Positions 1-12,516 of a stretch of DNA of 64,000 bases are shown piece by piece. Each line of letters starts with the position of its first letter. Within the stretch, counting starts at the first letter, position 1. A model generated the notes under the pieces. It had not been told where the DNA came from and made no database searches. It worked only from the letters and a program-made list of their open reading frames with translations. This DNA is from Klebsormidium nitens (taxonomy: Eukaryota; Plantae; Klebsormidiophyceae). The stretch spans positions 139,296 to 203,295 of the forward strand of contig DF237050.1 of NCBI GenBank assembly GCA_000708835.1, read 5' to 3'. Made by a program: the position numbers and the translations under genes.

Positions 1-113
1 AAAAGGCCACTTGATCGGCGGCCAAATCCGAGGATGCAATGCTGACGTGACTGGGCTGGGTAGTTCTATTAGCTCCAACCAGCGGCAGCCTTTCGCAAAC
101 GCGGCCCACTCAC

Positions 114-3100
114 CTCGGGGTTAACCCAGTCCTTGGTTACCGGCGAGATGCCTCCCCAGTCGTTGATCCCCGCGCCAATCAGCGCCTGCCATTCCAGGGC
201 CGCCGTGCTCTGCTCGGGCCCTGCGGGGGTCAGGTTCGGGGGGGCCTGGATGCTCATGGCCGGTCCGAAAGCCAGACGCGCCATCGCCACCGTCCAAAGC
301 AGCTCCTCAATCGACGGCTCGGGCGCGTCCGACATTGCCGTCCCTTCCTTTCGTCTGCGGGGTGAAAGCAAAGATGCTCTTCGATCAAAATTGCTTGGAT
401 ATGATACGTATAGCATAAACCTAAAGAGTCCCTGGCCGAAGCTCGGCAGAAGCTTCGAGTATGGTGAGCATGATTCACGGTCGGCTCCAAAGAAAGCAAA
501 CGTTTTCTTCTCTTCCTATCGCTTTGCAGGTTCGAAAAAAAATGATCAATCAATCAAGGGCAACAGCGTCAGCCGTCAGGCCTCCAAGTCCTGATTTTTT
601 GAAGAGGCCCGTTTCCAGGGACCCCTTTTCGGAAGCGTGGATTAGGAGTGGACATCCTAATCTGCAACCTTGAACATCGTGTCATCGTACGGATGGTCAA
701 ATGAAAGTAGGAAAGCCAGCTGCAAGAAGCAAGATCAAGTGGGATTAAGCAGTACAAGACAAAAGTTGAAAAGTCCCCAAAGCAACCGTCTACCACGTGG
801 AATGAGATGCATTAGCGCGCACCTGAAGTTTTGGATGATGAGCTCCTGCACGTGTCCGTACTTCTCGTGCAGCTGCCGGATCGCGAGCAGCGCCTCCAAC
901 CGCTCCTCGCGCGTCTCCCCGATGCCAATCAGCAGGCCCGTCGTGAACGGCACACGCTCCTCGCCTGCACCACGGGTTGACGTCACAGACGACTTCAGCT
1001 CCGGAACGAAGACGTCAGCGTCCTTCTACCCGTTTCGCCCGCCTCCCGCATGCCGCATCCACTTTCGAGGTAAATTGTCGAGGAAACAACTGAAATGCAA
1101 TTCGACTGCGCTTGCAACAAAGCCAGCTGAAGTTGAAAGGGGAAGAGCGAAACGAGCCTGCACGACCGTAAGCATATTCACTGTGTCGAGACGAGCGTGG
1201 ATCGCTCCCGACTGCGCACACATGCTTCAACGCAACATACGAGATCCCCACCTGCAGCGGCGATGGTGGCCAGCCTTGCAGCCGGCCGCTTATCGGGGCA
1301 GCCAAAGTGCGGCCCTCCCGGCTCAAAGAGCCGCTCTGAAAGCGATTCCAGCATCAGGCCTTGGCTGGCGGACACCTTCTTGAGGGCTGCCACGTGGCGC
1401 CTCCCCATGACGCCAGCATTGATATGAGGGAGAAGACCCGTCTCACGGAGGACCAGTGCGGCTGCAGCTTGGACGTAAGCTAGGGTGGAGTCGAAGCCGA
1501 GGCTGGCGAGCTGCAAGAAAGAAAGATCATTTTCTATTGTCTCGCGAACAACTTCGAACGCTGCCTTTCGTGAACCCAACCGAGGGGTTCGCAGCAGGAT
1601 TGAGTCTTGATTGACGACCGATGACTAGCAAAGGGCGAGATCGAGCAGAGTGCAAGTTTAGGGCGAAGTTGGAATCCAGCTGATGCATGAGAGGCTATGT
1701 GGACAGGTGCCTGAGTGTAACGCAGACCCATCTCGACGAACAGCCGCTCTTGCATCGGTTTTTTGGGGTTAAAAGCTGGTACCTCGTCTTTCGCCTCGGT
1801 GTAAAGCAGCTCCGGCTTGTCCCCCAGTGTGAACAGGGCCTCGGTGCACCCGGCCTCCTTTCCTGCCTGTGCAACCGCCAGTACCTCGTCCAGGGTCATG
1901 TACGCACGCTCGCCCGCCTGAACAGGGGGCCAAACGATTGATCCTCATACCAATATAAGCTCCGAAATCAGTGCGTGCGTGAATTTTTTCCCTACCGTTC
2001 TGACACTAAGGAGAACAAAGTCATAAGAATCGCTGCCTCTCACCTTTAAGCAACTTGTCCCAGTGGTTCAAAATCGTGACGATGAAGAACGATGTCGAGT
2101 AGAAAATGACAAAAGAAGCAGCGCACTTTGACCAGAAGTTTACCCCCGAGTGAAATAATCACGTGGACGACACCGCTTCTGTAGCCTGCAACTTCGACTC
2201 CCCTTCTTGCTGAGCTTGGGCAAAGCGTAGTCGTCAAAAAAGGGGGACAACAGTTGAGGGGAAAGAAACTACGCATGTGAATTGCCACAGGACGACTCCT
2301 TGCAAAAAGAGACTCATATCAGAGAAAGCACACCCAGAAGTGATCAGTGCCGCACCTTTGGGCCCATGGCAAACGTACAGTACCCGCAGGCATCACGGCA
2401 GAGCCTAGTCAGCGGGATGAACACCTTTGGAGAAAAGGTGACGACTTGCGAGTCTTCCCGTTGGTTCCTGACCCTGGCAGCGGCAGAAACCAAGTTCTGC
2501 AATGGCAACTGGGCCAGCCTTTGCAGATCCTGCAAGGTCAGAGGGTTTGAGTTCAGTTGTTCAGCGGGAAAAGAATGAAAGGAATCGCAAGGGGAAGGGC
2601 CTGCTGTGAGTTTGACGTTGCTTCTCCCCTTTATTTTTTACCTACAATCACAACTGGAAAAGATAATCGAGTATGAACTAATTACAGATTGCAATTGCGC
2701 ACGTCAAGCAATGCTTTCTTCATTTGTAACAAGCGTAAGCAGTGACTTCTGCCAGCAGTTCCCTCATACCGCATCATGGTTGCTCAACATGGGCTTTTCA
2801 GCTGGAGCTTATATTTGTAATCATTGGGAACTGCAATGGTCCAGGATCAATACCATCCTATGCAATGGCACGCTCTTCAAAATGTACGTGGTCGGGCTCC
2901 GCTCACTCCTCAAAGCAGAGTCCACTTTACCAGGGCGAACGTAATTAGGCTCGAATGAATCAAAGCTCGAAGTGAAAAACATGCCCTGTAAACTCGACTG
3001 GGGCGCAGGCCCAATTGAGAAACAGACTGGAATGATGAAGATGAAAGACAAATTGGAACGACTTCTGGCTTCCTTAGCAATCTGAGTAGCTTAGCCTCAT

Positions 3101-3953
3101 TGAAACGAAAGGCCAGACGTTGGATATGGAGCTCGCTCAGTCCAAGGGAGTCGAGAAGAAAGTAGCAAAAGCTGTAAGGAGGATAAACAAGAAGTCAGAG
3201 AGAAAGTTAGAATGGTATCCAGATGTTTGTTGTAACCTGGTTTAACCCAAGAACAAAGTTTTTGGCTATATTCAGATCTCGTTGAGCTTATCATCATTCC
3301 CTTCTGCAGACATGTGCGGAAGGAATGGTTTGTCACCAGAACATTAATTCACAGCATGTCTGCCCCTTTGGGACGGTTCAAAGTGCCACAGCTCGCACCT
3401 GTCACTGTTTGCACCCCCATGGAACATTAAACACCAGTCCTTTTTGGGCCAGGACACTTTCCATTCAAAGCCATTGTCAACGACGTATGCAGGCTCAGAA
3501 GCCTCAAAGGAGCGCCTCAGTAGTCGGAACCAAACAAGGGCCAGATCTTCACAGCAGCTTCAGAGGGGTCAACTAAAAAACGCCTCGCACCTCCCTGCTC
3601 GGAGATTGATAGCCCCCTTGTTCCAAAGCTCCATCATGAGTCCGACCACCCAGCGCCGATAGCTCCGCGGCTTGGGCCACTCCTCGCACTGGCCGATGGC
3701 AGGCTGGAAATTTGCTGAGTCGTCCAGACCAGGACAAGCTTTGCATGTCATGTGCCAGCTCCGCCCTCAGCTGTCTTCCCAGGAACAGAGAGGGTTGGGG
3801 GCCAAAGCTGCTGCAGCTAGGACGAAAAGGTCGCCTGGAAAGTTTAGCTAGGTTGGCATCAAATGTCGGCTTTGGGGGGCTAATGAGTGGGCGTGGTGCA
3901 ACAAGGCAACCAAACGATGGAGCGCATACACAGCTGCAGGCACCGATTGCCAT
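114..3953 (-). CDS. cofG: FO (7,8-didemethyl-8-hydroxy-5-deazariboflavin) synthase, CofG/FbiC-like radical SAM protein; multi-exon, 3' part runs off the left edge
   Basis: Exon 2356-2529 encodes [24 protein letters not shown] with the CxxxCxxC motif. Further exons give [32 protein letters not shown] (~1783-1917), [34 protein letters not shown] (~1270-1520), [31 protein letters not shown] (~830-960) and [27 protein letters not shown] (114-350). The putative first exon (ATG at 3953, donor near 3590) is phase-compatible with exon 2356-2529, but that link is inferred. Confidence 0.9.
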
Positions 3954-4859
3954 GGCTGACCGTCCGGTAGATGCCTCTGCCAATCAGATTACTCAATCGA
4001 GGTCCTTCTCTTACGAACTTAGCACACGGCGCCTCAGCAATCAACAGTGTGGCGGTTGCAGCCGCCCCGAAGGCAGGCTATCCGTCCGGCTTGTTCTGCC
4101 AGGTGCTTGCCTGATGGCAACAGCATCTGTGTCTTTCTAGCATTCGTTGACCTTTGAGAAGTTTCAAGGAAAAATTTGGATCATTCTACAATCTGGGGGG
4201 CCAAAGGTTTCAAGTTGCAACTTGCGCACTTCTTGCGTTCGGAAGAGCTCAATGATGTGTACATGGCTCTTCTCCAGCACCTATGCTGATTGAACCTGCG
4301 TCCTCATCCGCGAGCTTTTCGAGGCCGCCCCTGGCCCTGGCCCCTCTTCAACTTGTCGGCGTTGATGCAATGCTGCACCGCGTTCAAGTTTTGATTCCGA
4401 GTCTCAAAAGCGAGTGTGAAATGCTTTCCGGCCTTCCGTCCGATCCGAGGAGGTCCGCCGGACTGCTCCGTTCATAGTGCCAGATAACTTGGAAGCTCTA
4501 GAGACTAGAGCAAGCCAGCTGAAAATGGCTTGTCCTGAGCTACCTACTGTACATGTAGACGCAACTGAATGAGCTGAAGACGATCTGTTCGTATGCTACA
4601 GCTTGCATCGCATGAAGGGCGTCTTCTTCGGCGCTTTTTCCCTTGGCCTGAACGGTTCTTCTTGTTTGGTGGCAATGAAAGCAAGCATCCATTGCGGCGG
4701 CCCTCTTCAAGTTTTTGAATCTTGAGCAAGCCGATTTTGGATCCAGCCAGTTTGCGAGTGGCAAATCCTGGTTGCAGTCGGAACAGTTGAATATAGAGCT
4801 TCGAGTGGTGGGCTCATACTGTTTGTCACCGGAATCTCCTTGGAGGAGTTTTCGCCAAT

Positions 4860-7800
4860 ATGCCGGGGACAAAGAAAACGGACCCCCCAGCTGGGGGAGC
4901 TGAGGACATGGAGGGCATCATGGAGGCAGTGGCCCAGTATCGCCAAGCGAAGCTGCGGGGGCAGGTGGAGGCGGACCCCCAGATTGATGTGAGCTGGGAC
5001 CAGGTTTCGTGCTGAGTCCATCGCATGCTGTCAGGCAGATGCGCTTTGCTGACCACTTGTAGGAGGGTGGACTTGGTGGTTTAAAAAGGGAAGAGCAGCG
5101 GGGTGTATGCACTGATTTTTGCAGTGAATAGCTGTTATTTCCTCAATTGTTCCAAAAGCTCAAGATTAAGTTTCCAGGAGGGAAAGGTAACAAGTAATCC
5201 CAAATTTGAATGGTAGTTGGGCGGGGTACATCTGATCTGCTGGGATTATACCTGTAGGTTGCCAATCAGCCCAAAACCTCCGCTTTTGCCCCTGCATTGT
5301 AGGTCACTTATGGCAGCATGCTCATTACTGAGACGGCACGTTGAGAACTTTTCAGAAGTTTCTAGTGGCAAGTTGGAAAACTTCAATGGTGCCAAATTTC
5401 ATCATCAATGACGGACGTCTTCGATGCTTACTGAACAGAATATTTACAAGAGGTCCCATACTCTCTGCTTCGTTGACAAGGGAGCTTTGTGATGTCAGTC
5501 TCGTATTGATCAACAACGTCATTCTGGACAAACACTTCACTTCTCACCTGCAGGCAATCTGGGAGCTGATGCAGAAGGCCCAGGCAGAGGGCGTTCTGGG
5601 ACAGGACTTCAAGCTGCCGAGCAGCGCCAGGGAGCCTGCCCCTCAGGCGGAGGCAGAAGAGATTACGCCGGAGCCAGGATTTGTGGTCAAGACTGCAGAC
5701 GAGGAGAGGGGCGCCAAGGTCTTCATCAACGTCTGTGGCTCAGACAAGGTGAGGTTGCAATCTCTGGGGCAGTGCTTAGATCAAGCTTCAAGGCAGTCAT
5801 CAGAAGACACCTCTGAAAATTGTTCCTTTGAGATGCAGAATCAAAGTTAAGACTTCGTCGGAACACAAAACAAGCACCTCATGTGACACCGGTGTATCAG
5901 GTGCTTTTCAACTTAGAACTTCGCGTCTGTCAAAGTGTGAAAGCATCGATCAGTTCCTTGCAACATGAGAGGGCCGCCTTCTTTCACACGCTTCTTACAT
6001 CCGTCGAAATCGGCTACCATGCTTGTTTCATCTCAGACCATGGCCTTCCGGGTTGCAGGTAGCCGCGCCTGGTGATTGGAAAAATGGTGTCCCCAAGGAA
6101 GTCGAAGAAGCGATGGGGGAGCTTGATGGGGATCCAAACATGCCAACGTCCACGAGCATTGACGAGACGCTGCGCTTCCCACTCAGCCTCTCCGATCCAT
6201 TCACATCAACCGACAAGGGTGAGCCTTCATTCACACACGATTTCAACTTCATCCTTTCCACCGAATCATCCCTCTCCAAGAGAGCATTTGGCCCAGATTT
6301 TGGGTTGCCATGGCAAACAAGGACCACATGCCGACTGTAAGGTCTCTTCACCGATCAACAGCCGGAGTCTTAGTATCAGGGCATGTCTTATGACGCCCAC
6401 TTGTCGCGTTGTAACGTGTCATTTTTAATGACCGTTTCACTCCTTTCTCGTCGGGCCAATATCAGAAAATCAGTATGCCTCCGTGTAGCGTTTCGTGGCG
6501 TCTAAGTGTGACTTGAAATATAGACGTGCTCAAGGCGTAAGATCGGGAAACTTCCGGTGAACCAGTTTGAGGGGGCTTGTAAATTATGCATTTTACTATA
6601 TTGCCTGGCCGAACCTAGTCATTATTTAGACTCTCAATCGGCAACACGAGAATTCCCATTTGGAAAGGGTCCCACTGACGGGTTCTGCTTAATCTAGCCC
6701 TTGCTTGTAGCACAATCTCGTCAGCATGTTGAGCTGTTCTGCCGACTCATTTTCGAGCATGCAATGCATAGTCGCCCAAAGGAGACTCTCACCTTGCTCT
6801 CAAAGTTTTTTGAGCCTACTCCAAACATCAGTGCTCGGCGCTTCCGCAGGCGGCGCTGAGTGCACCGTATACGACATCGTTCTCAACTCCGAGGTGGTGA
6901 AGAACGCCAAGTTGCCGGGCCCTCTTGCGCGCCGCTTGAAAACGTTTCTGGTGGAGCTGTGCATGGGCTGGGTGGCGCACAAGCACGGCGTGCGGCTGGA
7001 CCCCAAGTACAAGCTGCCCCGCTCTAGTTACAAGGGCGACGGGCGGGCCAAGCACCGGATACGCGCTGAGACCAAGCCGCTTATCCAGGAAGTGGCGGGT
7101 AAGGCGGGGAGTCTTCCGTTATATTTTAGAATCGTAAGGCAGTGAACCATGAAGGGCTCATTTGCTCTATGTGGGAGCTCGTAAAGGAACGGGTACCTTG
7201 AGGACGGGCGGCATCTCTCCTTACAGTTGCGCCGCCTAGGATGAGTAATGCTCAGAGAGGAAAAGCACCTGTCTCCATTTTGACTGACGTGGACTTTGCA
7301 GGCGTCTCTCTGTTTGCCTTTGACTTGAGACTCTGATCGTGTCTCCTGACGAGCGTGCCGATTTTCTGTGCGCAGGCTCCGACGACGATCGGCCTAGCTT
7401 TGGTTTGGGGTTCGACCAGAAGGCGCGGGCCAAACCCGTAGCACCCCGCACAGACGCAGCCTCCGAACCCTCGAGACCCGGCTCAACGGCTCAGGCGGAA
7501 GCATCGCTACCAACTCCAGACTTCTCTGTCGAGTATGAAGGCCGACCCGTCGAAGCGACAACAGTGACGGTCAACTTGCCCGCTATTGTGAGTGGGCCTG
7601 GGGACGGGCTCTACTTTTTCGCTAAGTTCTTGAATTGGTCATCGATTTCAAAATCGGTCATTGCTCGCACATCGACCTCAGAATGGGGACCGACTCGACA
7701 TCTTATTCCAGCCTGATGGCTTCCTTCAAGTAGCTCTCGATTACCAAGATTACTTGGCTGTGCGCTCTTGTTAAACAATGGTACCCATGGGATGGCGACT

Positions 7801-9028
7801 CTACAAAACTTCTTCGAGAGTACTTGGAACCGCCACATTTTGCGCGGTTTCGAACAACCGCTTCTTACCTCTTACGCTTTCAATCGTTCATGAAAAGTTT
7901 TCTCTGGATTCTCATCTTTCTGGCTGAACGTGTGCAGAGTACAGCAGATGGCTTGAGGGTGGAGCTTGCCGCTGGCGAGCTTCGAGTACATGTGCCGTCC
8001 ATATACGCTCCTGCCACAGTAAGTTCAACGACAGCTGAGCAGAAGTTGGAAAGAGGATGTCACCACTTTAGCTCCTCAGTGGACGACGTGGTAAGAGTTC
8101 ATAAATTGTGGCACAATTTGTGGCAGAACGGCAGACGATCTCGAGGGCACGCCAAGTTTTGCCCGTGACTCTTCGGCTTGTTTTCTGCAATGTTCTCCGG
8201 CACTTTGACAGGCCAAAAGCAGTCCTTCATCGGGAACTTACTACGCACGATGATGGATTTGGTTATCTGCGTTGGGGTGACAATTCCAATATACCAGCAC
8301 CGAGTGTCGCTTGTACCTCGTGAAATGAAACCTGGCTATGTCGATTCAGAGGAGTTAGGATGAATCCGGTTTAAGTTGTGTTCAATTGCGTTTGCTGAAG
8401 ATTTCTTACTTCTTTGCAGATCCCCCTCCACTTTCCGACGGATCCAAAGCGCGTCGAGGTCACCTTTGACGAATCCAAGCGGCAACTGCGGATACGGCTG
8501 CCTTTTGGGCCGTACCGAGACTTGTTCAAGGTAAGACCGCCATGCTCGTCCCCTCAGAGACGGCTGAATTCTGGATTCGTGTCGTGATTTGTGGTGCCTC
8601 ATCTCGTCGATGCTGCGAATGCTCCTTATCTTCGCAAGGACGAGATTTCGTCTGGGTACGGTCGACATTATACTGCGATTTAGACGTGTCCGCATATTGT
8701 AGTCGACAGAACTTGGTCCGTCTACAAGTTCCACAGCACTTTACCGTGCTGCTACAAGACAGAAACGCATGCTTTACAAAGTCACCCCTTAGGACTGGGC
8801 CGATCCAGCTGCTGGTTTGTTTGAATGTTTGGCAGCGCTGAGCAACCTTTTTGCACGATAAGGCCACATTCAGCAAGAGGCCGTTGTGTTCGCACAGGAT
8901 TATGTATGCTGCTGATTACTAATTCTCTTGCCTCTCGTCATCTGCAGGAGCTCAAAAGGGCGGCGCCTCATTCCTTAGCCTCCTTGGATTTCCGGACCAA
9001 GAAGTCCGTGTTAGATATCGACATTTAA
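4860..9028 (+). CDS. PIH1-domain protein (DNAAF2/MOT48/PIH1D-like HSP90 co-chaperone, likely dynein pre-assembly factor), about 8 exons
   Basis: Exon 1 is 4860-4988 (MPGTKKTDPP..DPQID, then GT donor). Exon 5554-5749 gives EITPEPGFVVKTADEERGAKVFINVCGSDK, the PIH1 N-terminal signature. Later exons give RFPLSLSDPFTSTDK, CTVYDIVLNSEV..FLVELCMGWVAHKHGVRLDPKYKLPRSSYKG, CS-like IPLHFPTDPKRVEVTFDESKRQLRIRLP (~8420-8531) and the last exon ELKRAAPHSLASLDFRTKKSVLDIDI* (8949-9028). Confidence 0.85.
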
Positions 9029-10120
9029 TATCACCGCCTAAACATACGCAATTCAGGCCAGCTCATTGTGCCAACGTCATCGGAAATTATACGTACGGTC
9101 TTTGAAGTTCAGGTGAAGGCTCCTGGTGAATTGAATTCATGGACTGGTGTGTGTTTGCATGCAAGTCGTACTCTTCTCCCAGCAATCGATCGAAGCATGT
9201 GGCAGTCGGAACCATCACCGCAATAATAATATATGGCAATGGATGATTTTCGAGGTTATATGCATATAACTTGGTATCTGCTGCATATGCGCTTTCCGGT
9301 CACCGCAGCTGGGATGACCCTCGAATTGACCATGGCAATGTTACATGATAGGTACATGCGCGCCTGTGCGGAGCGCTTTGTCATGAGTTAACAAGCTCGC
9401 AGTGACTCCAGCCTATAGAGTGAACACTGGTAATACGACATGGGCTGAGCGCATATACGCAGTTGAACTGCTATGCTTGACCAACCGCAGAACATGATTG
9501 CAATTAATCAATCTGCATGCATGCAGGCCGGGCCCATGCTTTGCATGAAAATTGTGCATATTCTGATCGATACCTAGATAATTCGCTGCAGTGGCGCAGC
9601 GTGGCTAGCTGTCGAAACCTTCTAGCTAGAATATGCATCATACTGTAGCTATACGAGCCTCACATGGCATGGATGTATGTCACCAATTGCGCAACTCAAT
9701 TGTTGATCGGGCCGCGGGCTAGCACCGCAAATACAGAACATCTTAAGTGTTGGAGTTGGCCCAGGGATTAAGTTACACGGAAGCCAGCCAGACAATACTT
9801 GTACCCATGCAAAGACATGTAGGTAGCTTTACATCGATCAACCCGCCAAATCAACCATTGAAGTGTTTGACTACGACTTGATTAAGCGACTTGCATTGCA
9901 ACTTTCTCGGAAAGTGCTCGTGGCAATGGGCCAATTGTCGAAACACCAAAAGAACCTTCAACCCACACCTTCCATACCAGTTTAAAAATATAAGGCTGCT
10001 ATGCGATGCACTTAGGAGCTAGGCTAATCTTGTGACCACTTTCAATCTAACTTTGACCTTCTGATAGGATTTGATAAAAGCAATTCGCGCGCGCATTGGA
10101 ACGTTAAGATACAGATCTCA

Positions 10121-12017
10121 TCAGGAGATATCACGATCAGCCTGTTGAATGGCTGGAGTCGGCTCAAGCCGCTTCTCAGACGCCCTTTCAGACGCCCTTT
10201 CCGCTAAGAGCATTCCCTCATACCGTCTCAGTTGTTCGATGAACCCGGGATTGGGACTCATGATGGGCCGTTTCTCTCGAAGTCTTGCCAGTGCTTCGTC
10301 CATAGAAATGGAGTGCTGCTTCATGAGGACAGCTGTGGCAACACTGATACTGCGGACAGAAGCACTTTAGAGTCAAACTTCTGCATTTGGAACCTTCCTG
10401 ACGAAGTTTTGTTAGGTCTGGAAACAAGCAGCTTTCTCAAGGCCAGATGAAATCCATTCTCCACATCGATGATCCGCCAGAACATTGGCAAAACACATGC
10501 CGTCATCATTGTTGATGTCAGCTTTTCAAGATAAACATCCATCTCCAAATGCGAGTTTACAGCAGACGTCAGGATGAAGGAGGAATCCACCTTCTGCAGA
10601 GGCGAATATGGATCCGGTTGAGTCTTGACTAAGATTGGGCATACACCGTTGCTTGTTTGATCACACGTTGATCAGCAACGGTCCTAAACGGAAGTTTGGC
10701 CAATCAGTGTTTTCTGATCATAGCAAACAACAGAGTTTGGCAATGCAGATTCATTGAACGAAAAAGTATTGAATTCGGCTCGTCTTGAGTGGGATGCAAA
10801 CAGAAAGAACCCGCTCAGAGAGGAAACTGGATTGACTGGTTGAGTGCAAGGGACAGCTTACCTCCTGGATCTACCAGCAAAACAGTGGACTAACACCCTG
10901 CCCCCCTCTTCTCGGGCTTTGGTTACAAACTCTATGGCTGGGTCCAGGTGAACCAGGAGGCTCGCTTGGGTGGTGTCCATGACTGCACAAAGAGAGTGTT
11001 CTTTCCCCCCATCAGGAAAAAGAGCGCAAGCAATGTTGTCAAATTGCTGCTCCAAAAGACCTTTTTATTTAGCCCTTCTTTCGGCTTCTCAAAACACTCT
11101 GGGCACCATACCTTCAAACCTGACAGCTGATACAAAGACGGAAACTTGATGGTGATGGAAGTTATGTTTTAAAGCGGAAGGGGTTTGCCTTACTTCGAAT
11201 TTGGTGGTGCGTGTACTCCGTTGGGAAAGGGCTCTCCCACTGGGCCATCACGCAGACGATGTGGGTAATCCCCAGCCTATCCAGCGCCTCCTTGTTGCAA
11301 GCTGCTCCCACGGACCCAACATAGAGGCCCTGTACAAAGCAAAACTTAAAGGGTGACCTGGATTGATATAGCAGGGAAGGCATGGAGAGGGAGCCACTCT
11401 TTATCTATAGATACTGCCTGTTTCGACCTCACTGCAGATTTCTTGAGATCTTTATTGTCTTGGGTCAGAACGTGAGTCTTTCTTTCAGGTTGACGCAACG
11501 CAGTGACACTTCAAGTAGTCTAGTGCTCAGAAAGCTGTTAACTAGGATAGACACCTGCACCTGCCCTGACTTGGGAAGGAACGTCGTCAGTTGCGCAGAC
11601 GGTGTAAGTGATTTCATGCAGGCGGTGGCACACGCTTGGTCTACATTTCAAGGGATCAGAAGACAGTCACAAGTCACGATCAGGCAGAATACAATTCTGT
11701 CAGGCATATAGCTGATTCTGCAACTTCAATCTTGTACAATTTCAACTCATATAGCTGATGGTTTCATACCGTACAATCCTGAATGTACCTAACGCTGTAC
11801 ATTATTTAAGTCCGATTGTTTGCCCGTTCACCTCTTCGATCAAAATTGGCTCGCTGTCCAGCTTCATGGCCGCTACAGTGGCGACAGCCGAGCTCAGCTT
11901 CTCGGCGCGCTGCTCATCTTTGCTGTCATTTTGACGGGCAGGCTGGGGTGCCAGAGTTGGCAGAGAGTCTGCGCTGAAGGCGGTGTCCGTTCTCTCCACA
12001 TAAGTAGACAGTACCAT
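10121..12017 (-). CDS. Dual-specificity protein phosphatase (DsPTP1-like), 4 exons
   Basis: GLYVGSVGAACNKEALDRLGITHIVCV; catalytic loop GGRVLVHCFAGRSRS (HCxxGxSR); C-terminal EALARLREKRPIMSPNPGFIEQL. Splice phases are consistent. Confidence 0.92.
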
Positions 12018-12516
12018 CTTCTGACATCAGCAGCAGTTGGAGGTGCTACGCTACCAAAGTACCTAGCTGTTCTCTGAGCTTCCCTTGCGCAATGCCAATG
12101 CTGCCTGTCGCCCTGCAAGTTGGACACCAGAAATGCCATTCCTAGCGTCCCCTCGGGCTCTGGCATTTAAATTAGGTTTAAGATGTGGGCCCAAGGTCAG
12201 ACTGGGTCAGACCAGTCTTTTGATGAAAACGCCAGAGTGTCACCAGCCTCGATGAGCTTGCAGGGGCAGCACAACGCCGTTCGATGCCTGAAGCCGTCTC
12301 CTTGAACGGCTCACCTTTTGGCAGTCTATTGGCTTGACGGTGTTCATATCGAGATCATTTCTAACACTGCCCCGAGGTTCAGCAAACTGAGGATAACCTA
12401 GTCCGACCCTAATAATAGTCGTCTACCCCCAATGGCAATGGGCCCAAATGTGAAATTTGCAATTTGCAAGAACTTGAAGTTGAAGGGGCGCAGCTCGTCT
12501 AAGGCAGCTCACATCC

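Noticed and set aside
4540-5056. Minus-strand Cys-containing short ORFs
   Set aside because: Better explained by the plus-strand first exon of the PIH1 gene (4860-4988) and its upstream region.
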